NCBI GenBank assembly: GCA_032718475.1
Contig: JAUCBJ010007403.1
Location: 1-52,607, forward strand
DNA length: 52,607 nucleotides
Source of the DNA: Nemertoderma westbladi
Taxonomy: Eukaryota; Animalia; Xenacoelomorpha
Direction of reading: 5' to 3'
Shown here: piece by piece, positions 45,663 through 52,607 of the stretch
How positions within the stretch are numbered: position 1 is the first letter of the stretch
How the letters are laid out: each line of letters opens with the position of its first letter
Program-made: the position numbers and the translations under genes
The notes under the pieces: generated by a model
Seen by the model: only the letters and a program-made list of their open reading frames with translations
What the model was told of the DNA's origin: nothing
The model's database searches: none

Positions 45663-47100
45663 TTTTCTGCATAATTCTATGCAAGGTAATTTAATATCTG
45701 CTGTACTAAATATAGGCCCTATGCAGATACTTTATAATACGTAATGAATGTTATAACAATTACGTCACCCGCCCCAACCAATCAGATAACAATATGATCC
45801 ATTCCCAGGCATCCATCCAGTCATATGGTTAAGTTCACACAATGGTAATAATATTAATGCAAACATTAGGCCTACTGTAGTGACCGCACTATAAAGCCTT
45901 ACTAGAATGGTTAAGCAAATAGTAGGAATTATTTAGTTATTAATAGACCAATCTACCGACATAATGGCTAATGTTTCGCATGTTTAAGTGTTTTGTTGTG
46001 TTTTGGCAAACAAGTGGGGCTTTTTAGCGGGGCGACGGGTGAGAAAATATAATTATATATTCGCTTGGCAATAATATAATCTCGCATTCCACCTCTTTTC
46101 TTTCAAGTGCATAACAAGCTATTATAAAATTAAATCGATTGTGTAACACCATTTTTATAATGTGTAGGAATGTCTTTACATCCTGGATTACTCTTCTTAG
46201 GAATCAATTAACAACGCCTTTGTTTGATGCTAAGTTCCGGGAATAATTATTTAAAATAATTGTAATCACGCAATGTCTTTCAAAGTTATTGTTTACTTTA
46301 ATTTCAGAGCAATAATTTTGAGTGGCAGTTAATTTATATTCATTTCTTTTAACACAAAACCTTGTATTTTTTTTCTTCTCAAAACAAAATCTATTAGACT
46401 AATCTATATTTCAAAGAAAATTAAGATAAATAAATATTTTTTCTAAATAATGTTAAGTGTATGTATGAAAGTGTTAAACTAATAAATGCTTTCCCCAACG
46501 ACTACGTACGATACCAGTATCTTTGTAAAATAATATTTAATATGATCACTGTTTTTTTAATGCTTGACCATTGTAATCTACAATCAGCTATATATGAGAA
46601 AATATATTAAATAACTTTCATATATACATAATCTATTTATAATTTTACAAATTAGAATTTATTACAATTTAATTTCATTATGATTTTTTGTAATTTAATT
46701 TAATTAGAATTTATTACAATTTAATTTAATTTGAATTAATTTTATATGACATATGGAAAATATAATAATTAAAACTGTAAATTAAAAAAAATTATTAACA
46801 GAATTCATGAAAATGAAAGTGATTTTTTCATATAATAATTATATTATAATATTATTATAATTTTTGCAATAATTTTACAAAGCCAATGGTGTCGAACCTG
46901 CAATCAAACTAAATGAATATTGTTAGCTTTGTAGTAGGATATGCAGTCGCATCCAGGGTGCATTTTCTGACACTGTAGATGTAAGTTTATCAATAAAATT
47001 ATATAATTACATTTATTGCATGCATTTAAGTATTATACAGTTTTTTTTTCATACGAATAATATTATGTATAATATAGTCAAATTATTTTGAATTACATCA

Positions 47101-48516
47101 ATGACGAACTATGCAAATGCAGCAGCTATGTCTCTAACAGATGTTGATGAAGTTAAATACACAGCCGTAGTGGATAATACCAATAAAACAGATATCAACG
47201 GCGTACATACATGTTTAGAGGTGGTAACAGCTGATCGAAATTATGGCAATCCCTTGGCAACCAATAGAATTCGTCTAATAATTAAAGACGTGATAATTGG
47301 TGTATGCATAGGTTTGGCTATATTAACAATCGTAATAACATTGAGTATACATTTTCTAAGTGAAAAACCATCTGTGATTCGTAAGAAGCCATTGAAAACT
47401 TCAACTAACAATATCAAAGACGAACGCTACAACAGTGGTAAGTACCGTCACTATACAAAGAATATGCTTAGTATTTACCAAGCCAACTTGGATGACGTAA
47501 CGCAAATCGAGTATCATGGTACAACAGGGAGCGCCCTTGTAAGTATGACCCTGTCAGACGGCACTACTTTGGTATTCCATGGGGATAAATTAACCAATGG
47601 GACGCCGGTATCGCTCCAATACATTGAATTAACACGAGGGGGCATGAGTGAACGATTGATACGGCTGAAATACCCACTTTTCGATCTGAGTTTAGCTAAA
47701 CCAGACAGATTGATGAATTTTAATTGGTCCGAAGGTAAGGTTGCGGTAAAATTAACAAACCTAAATGGATCTGATTACTCAATCGCTGAAGTTAATTACG
47801 AAGACGATGGATATTTGTTTCACAATTTCAGCGAATTTACTAATCTCGATGTTGTCGAAGAGGAAAATATCCATAGAGAAAATTTTGATTGTTCGTTTAA
47901 TCTTTATTTAAATGTTACTAAATGTGGAATTCCTTATAGAGATGCCATTGTTGAGATTGGTTACCATGGTAACAATATTGTTAATAATTACGGTTTGCGG
48001 ACGGGGAATATCAACTCTAACTTTTATACACCTTTATTGAATGCAAGAAGTGAGCAAGTAAATAAAATGAATGTCTGCCGAACTCTTGATAAAATAATAC
48101 AAAATAGATGCGAATCAATCAATTACTTAAACGACTCAAAAGTTGAGAATATTTGCCAAAAGTTAGGGAGTCAATTCGCAGTAAATCTCGATTCTAAAGT
48201 TTCGCACATTTCCGATGACTTCCGAGATTGTCTTTCTAGTTTCGTTGTTCTCAGCAACTCGTGTCGTCTGTTTCGGTCCGCTACTGCTGATCTGGGATTC
48301 TGCGCATTCCGTATGACACTGAGCGATCACGTGACCGTGTCGCCTACAGACTTTATTAATCTCACCAGTTGGTTCGATTTCGGGTACAAAGGGACACACA
48401 GCTACTCCGTTGCTATGGAGGGAGAGGGTGGATCTATGGCAACCGGGTGGTGTCCAATGGAAAGTGTCCGAGTTAATGGGATTGGACGACCAAAGTTGCA
48501 AGATGACAGTATACAG
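47101..48516 (+). CDS. Large first coding exon of an uncharacterised type II single-pass membrane glycoprotein
   Basis: 472 open codons from ATG; TM segment VIIGVCIGLAILTIVITLSIHFL; Cys-rich and N-X-S/T-rich ectodomain; donor CAG|GTGAGT at 48517, just before the in-frame stop at 48531. Confidence 0.7.
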
Positions 48517-48711
48517 GTGAGTCATTCATGAGACAATTTTAACAAGGATTGTTTGGCCTTCATTGTTGTGAGTCATTCATGTGAGAAGCATTGCTTGGTT
48601 AATAAAGACGCCTCTGAAACCTGTTCCTTTCCTTTAACGTATTACATTTAATTAACTTAACTCCTATGGGCAAACAATAACATATTTATTGTGATACAAA
48701 TACAATTACAT

Positions 48712-50664
48712 CTATATGGCGATGTGCTGGTGTGGTGGATGGTGCTTCCCTACCTTATGTACTCGCTCTGTATGGCGATGTGCTGGTGTGGTGGATGGTG
48801 CTTCCCTACCTTATGTACTCGCTCTGTATGGCGATGTGCTGGTGTGGTGGATGGTGCTTCCCTACCTTATGTACTCGCTCTGTATGGCGATGTGCTGGTG
48901 TGGTGGATGGTCCTTCCCTACCTTATGTATTCGCTCTGTATGGCGATGTGCTGGTGTGCTGGATGGTGCTTCCCTACCTTATGTACTCGCTCTGTATGGC
49001 GATGTGCTGGTGTGGTGGATGGTGCTTCCCTACCTTATGCACTCGCTCTGTATGGCGATGTGCTGGTGTGGTGGATGGTCCTTCCCTACCTTATGTACTC
49101 GCTCTGTATGGCGATGTGCTGGTGTGGTGGATGGTGCTTCCCTACCTTATGTACTCGCTCTGTATGGCGATGTGCTGGTGTGGTGGATGGTGCTTACCTA
49201 CCTTATGTACTCGCTCTGTATGGCGATGTGCTGGTGTGCTAGATGGTGCTTCCCTACCTTATGTACTCGCTCTGTATGGCGATGTGCTCGTGTGGTGGAT
49301 GGTGCTTCCCTACCTTATGTACTCGCTCTGTATGGCGATGTGCTGGTGTGGTGGATGGTGCTTCCCTACCTTATGTACTCGCTCTGTATGGCGATATGCT
49401 GGTGTGGTGGATGGTGCTTCCCTACCTTATGTACTCGCTCTGTATGGCGATGTGCTGGTGTGGTGGATGGTGCTTCCCTACCTTATGTACTCGCTCTGTA
49501 TGGTGATGTGCTGGTGTGGTGGATGGTGCTTCCCTACCTTATGTACTCGCTCTGTATGGCGATGTGCTGGTGTGGTGGATGGTGCTTCCCTACCTTATGT
49601 ACTCGCTCTGTATGGCGATGTGCTGGTGTGGTGGATGATGCTTCCCTACATTAGTACTCGGTCTGTATGGCGATGTGCTGGTGTGGTGGATGGTGCTTCC
49701 CTACCTTATGTTCTCGCTCTGTATGGCGATGTGCTGGTGTGGTGGATGGTGCTTCCCTACCTTATGTTCTCGCTCTGTATGGCGATGTGCTGGTGTGGTG
49801 CATGGTGCTTCCCTACCTTATGTACTCGCTCTGTATGGCGATGTGCTGGTGTGGTGGATGGTGCTTCCCTACCTTATGTACTCGCTCTGTATGGCGATGT
49901 GCTGGTGTGGTGGATGGTGCTTCCCTACCTTATGTACTCGGTCTGTATGGCGATGTGCTGGTGTGGTGGATGGTGCTTCCCTACCTTATGTACTCGCTCT
50001 GTATGGCGATGTGCTGGTGTGGTGGATGGTGCTTCCCTACCTTATGTACTCGCTCTGTATGGCGATGTGCTGGTGTGGTGGATGATGCTTCCCTACATTA
50101 GTACTCGGTCTGTATGGCGATGTGCTGGTGTGGTGGATGGTGCTTCCCTACCTTATGTACTCGCTCTGTATGGCGATGTGCTGGTGTGATGGATGGTGCT
50201 TCCCTACCTTATGTACTCGCTCTGTATGGCGATGTGCTGGTGTGGTGGATGGTGCTTCCATACCTTATGTACTCGCTCTCTATGGCGATGTGCTGGTGTG
50301 GTGGATGGTGCTTCCCTACCTTATGTACTCGCTCTGTATGGCGATGTGCTGGTGTGGTGGATGGTGCTTCCCTACCTTATGTACTCGCTCTGTATGGCGA
50401 TGTGCTGGTGTGGTGGATGGTGCTTCCATACCTTATGTACTCGCTCTGTATGGCGATGTGCTGGTGTGGTGGATGGTGCTTCCCTACCTTATGTACTCGC
50501 TCTGTATGGCGATGTGCTGGTGTGGTGGATGGTGCTTCCCTACCTTATGTACTCGCTCTGTATGGCGATGTGCTGGTGTGGTGGATGGTGCTTCCCTATC
50601 TTATGTACTCGCTCTCTATGGCGATGTGCTGGTGTGGTGGATGGTGCTTCCCTATCTTATGTAC
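48712..50664. repeat. 56-bp minisatellite, ~35 copies (probably intronic)
   Basis: TGTATGGCGATGTGCTGGTGTGGTGGATGGTGCTTCCCTACCTTATGTACTCGCTC units; explains all overlapping ORFs from 48691 to 50797. Confidence 0.97.
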
Positions 50665-51645
50665 ATTTTTAAACTTTGCAATGTTACTAAAGTTTATATA
50701 TAGTCGATTTTTGTCTTTGTGTAATTTTCTGAAATTGGAATTTCAGTTATTTCTCTCATTGCCTGTAAAAAAAATAAAAAATACAAATACAAGGTAACAT
50801 ACTGTAGAGATAACATTATATTGATTAATATGGTACACCATTAAGAAAGTAATTTTGAAAGAGGAATCAGAAAATAAGTGTATAATTGAATTTGCAAATG
50901 ACTTTAATTAAATTATCCTCACTGAGCTGTTATTTTTTTTCATCCTCTATCGTCGACTTCATATTATATTTTGTTTACGGACACGTAAAGAAGTACAGCA
51001 CAATAACTACAGTAGCGTATAATGCCTGACGGATTAATGTTTCAGGACACTAACTATTATATTAGTAGGGTTATCCGATCTGTGATGTAATACTTCTTAC
51101 CGCCCAAAGTAATGGGGCGGCGAGTAAAAGCGGGGAAAAACATCCCCAGTGGTTGTTTATTTATTGGCGGCAATAAAGTATTATATTCCTACTGTTTTTA
51201 TGGTGTGAACATAAATCAAAGATGTTCCACCCATTGAACTACAATATTTAAAGTTAACTTAGATCATAATACACAATTCAAAGGAGAGTTTGATATTGCC
51301 CCAAAACATGAATCAAAATAGCAACAAACAATATTCTTTAGAAACCGATTATCCATTCAACAGCGAATCGCTTGCTCTCTAAACATTTATAATTGTTAAT
51401 CACTCACAAAATTAAAATGACGGCAAGTATTTTCTTACATACACCAAAACCAAATTTGTCCATGGGGGCCTTCGCGAAGGACAAATTAAGCAATATTATC
51501 AATTAATACGGGTACATCTTTTACAACTGTTTATACAGTCCCTATCTCATTCTTGATGCCGTTTCTCAAACTGGGTACCTTTTCTCTTACCTCTACCTCT
51601 TACTAGCTCAAACCTGTCTGGTTTACTCAAACTCAAACTCGCGTG

Positions 51646-51678
<33 letters not shown>

Positions 51679-51867
51679 ATTGTAGCATTCATACAGCAAC
51701 CTGGGAGTTGAATCATTAATGGCTCACTTGCTTCTACTAAACTTTGGCATTGGCTCTGTGTCTCGAATCTGCTATTAAATGGAAAATCTTTCTTCCCGAT
51801 TACATTTATAAAATATGTTTGACTCATACCTTAACATTATTTTATTAATTATGAACTTTATTTGCCT

Positions 51868-52607
51868 ATAAGGCAGCGATGGAGTCCGCCGTCCAATCCG
51901 TCCCCGCCGAAAGGCGCCGTATTGTGGACCGTAATGTGTCCCACAAGACGGGTGGGTGGCTGTCGGCGCAGCCCTCCGTGGTGGAAAACACCGACCTGGC
52001 CCCGGAGGTGTTCCGCGACAACCTCGCGCTGAGGTACGGCCTCACGCCGCCCGGCCCCCCGGCGAATGGTGAGGGGTGTGGGGAGCCGTTTTCGACAACC
52101 AACGCCCTGAACTGTAAGTCGGGTGGCCTGTTCATAAAGCGACACGATGAGGTCCGTGAGGTCTTTGGGGACCTCATCGCTTCTGCCTTTGGTGGTTCAT
52201 GTGTACAGCGTGAAGTCACGCTGTGCACCGGCTACCTGGACAGAAGGGGCCGCGAGGTGGGGGGAGTTAGGGCTGATCTCCTGGCGAGGGGAGTCTGGAC
52301 TGAGCAGAGGGTGGCGTCGTTCGATATCGCGATTGTAAACGCTGACGCCCCTCATATGCACACCGGTCCTTAGACTCTGCCCTCGAGCAGAGAGTCCGAG
52401 CCAAGAAGGTGCACTACAGCGCGGTGTGCGAGGATAGAAGGTTCTCCTTCACTCCCCTTGTCGGAACCACCGACGGGGTGTGGTGCAAGGAGACTGATGT
52501 CTTCATCAGCCACCTCGCTGAGACCCTTGTGGCTCGGCGGCAGGGGATGCGGGAACGTGGCCTAGCCTGCGTTCTCGGGGGAGTTCGGAGGCGGCTTCAG
52601 TTCGCGC
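51868..52607 (+). mobile_element. CRE-clade (restriction-like endonuclease) non-LTR retrotransposon 3' region, degenerate, runs off the window
   Basis: GWLSAQP...FRDNLALRYG, decayed CCHC finger, KRHDEVR, RADL..RGVW...FDI, then frameshifted KKVHY...FTPLV.TTDG; abrupt rise in GC content. Confidence 0.8.

Noticed and set aside
48691-50797. Many long overlapping Cys/Trp-rich ORFs
   Set aside because: Artefacts of a 56-bp repeat lacking stops on the + strand.

Overview
Eukaryotic (invertebrate-like), AT-rich, repeat-dense genomic DNA. The main feature is a very young, near-intact 18.9-kb BEL/Pao LTR retrotransposon (22657-41602), with two apparently identical 1918-bp LTRs, an ATAGT target-site duplication and non-canonical TA...TA termini. 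It has five unusual properties. (i) It carries an extra 1241-aa ORF with a DEDDy/WRN-like 3'-5' exonuclease and three CCHC zinc knuckles in the env position. (ii) It has no tRNA-type PBS; the 11 nt next to the 5' LTR are instead exactly complementary to an 11-mer inside its own LTR, suggesting Tf1-like self-priming. (iii) A 17-20 nt quasi-palindromic motif recurs at least 12 times across coding and non-coding parts, in different frames. (iv) A Pol III A/B-box tRNA-like unit sits inside the LTR. (v) There are paired splice acceptors before gag-pol and before ORF3. A decayed homologue of the exonuclease ORF lies upstream (13.5-18.3 kb), fused to a Gypsy/Mag-type gag, so the cassette appears to be shared across LTR superfamilies. 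Host features are two exons of a hemopexin-repeat gene, whose 12-kb intron holds a 22-bp satellite, a Sola2-like DNA transposon, an intronless 5'-truncated synaptotagmin-7-like C2A-C2B ORF and RTE fragments, and a large first exon of a type II membrane protein followed by a 56-bp satellite. RTE and CRE non-LTR fragments, SINEs and MITEs are also present. All calls were made by eye; no database searches were run.
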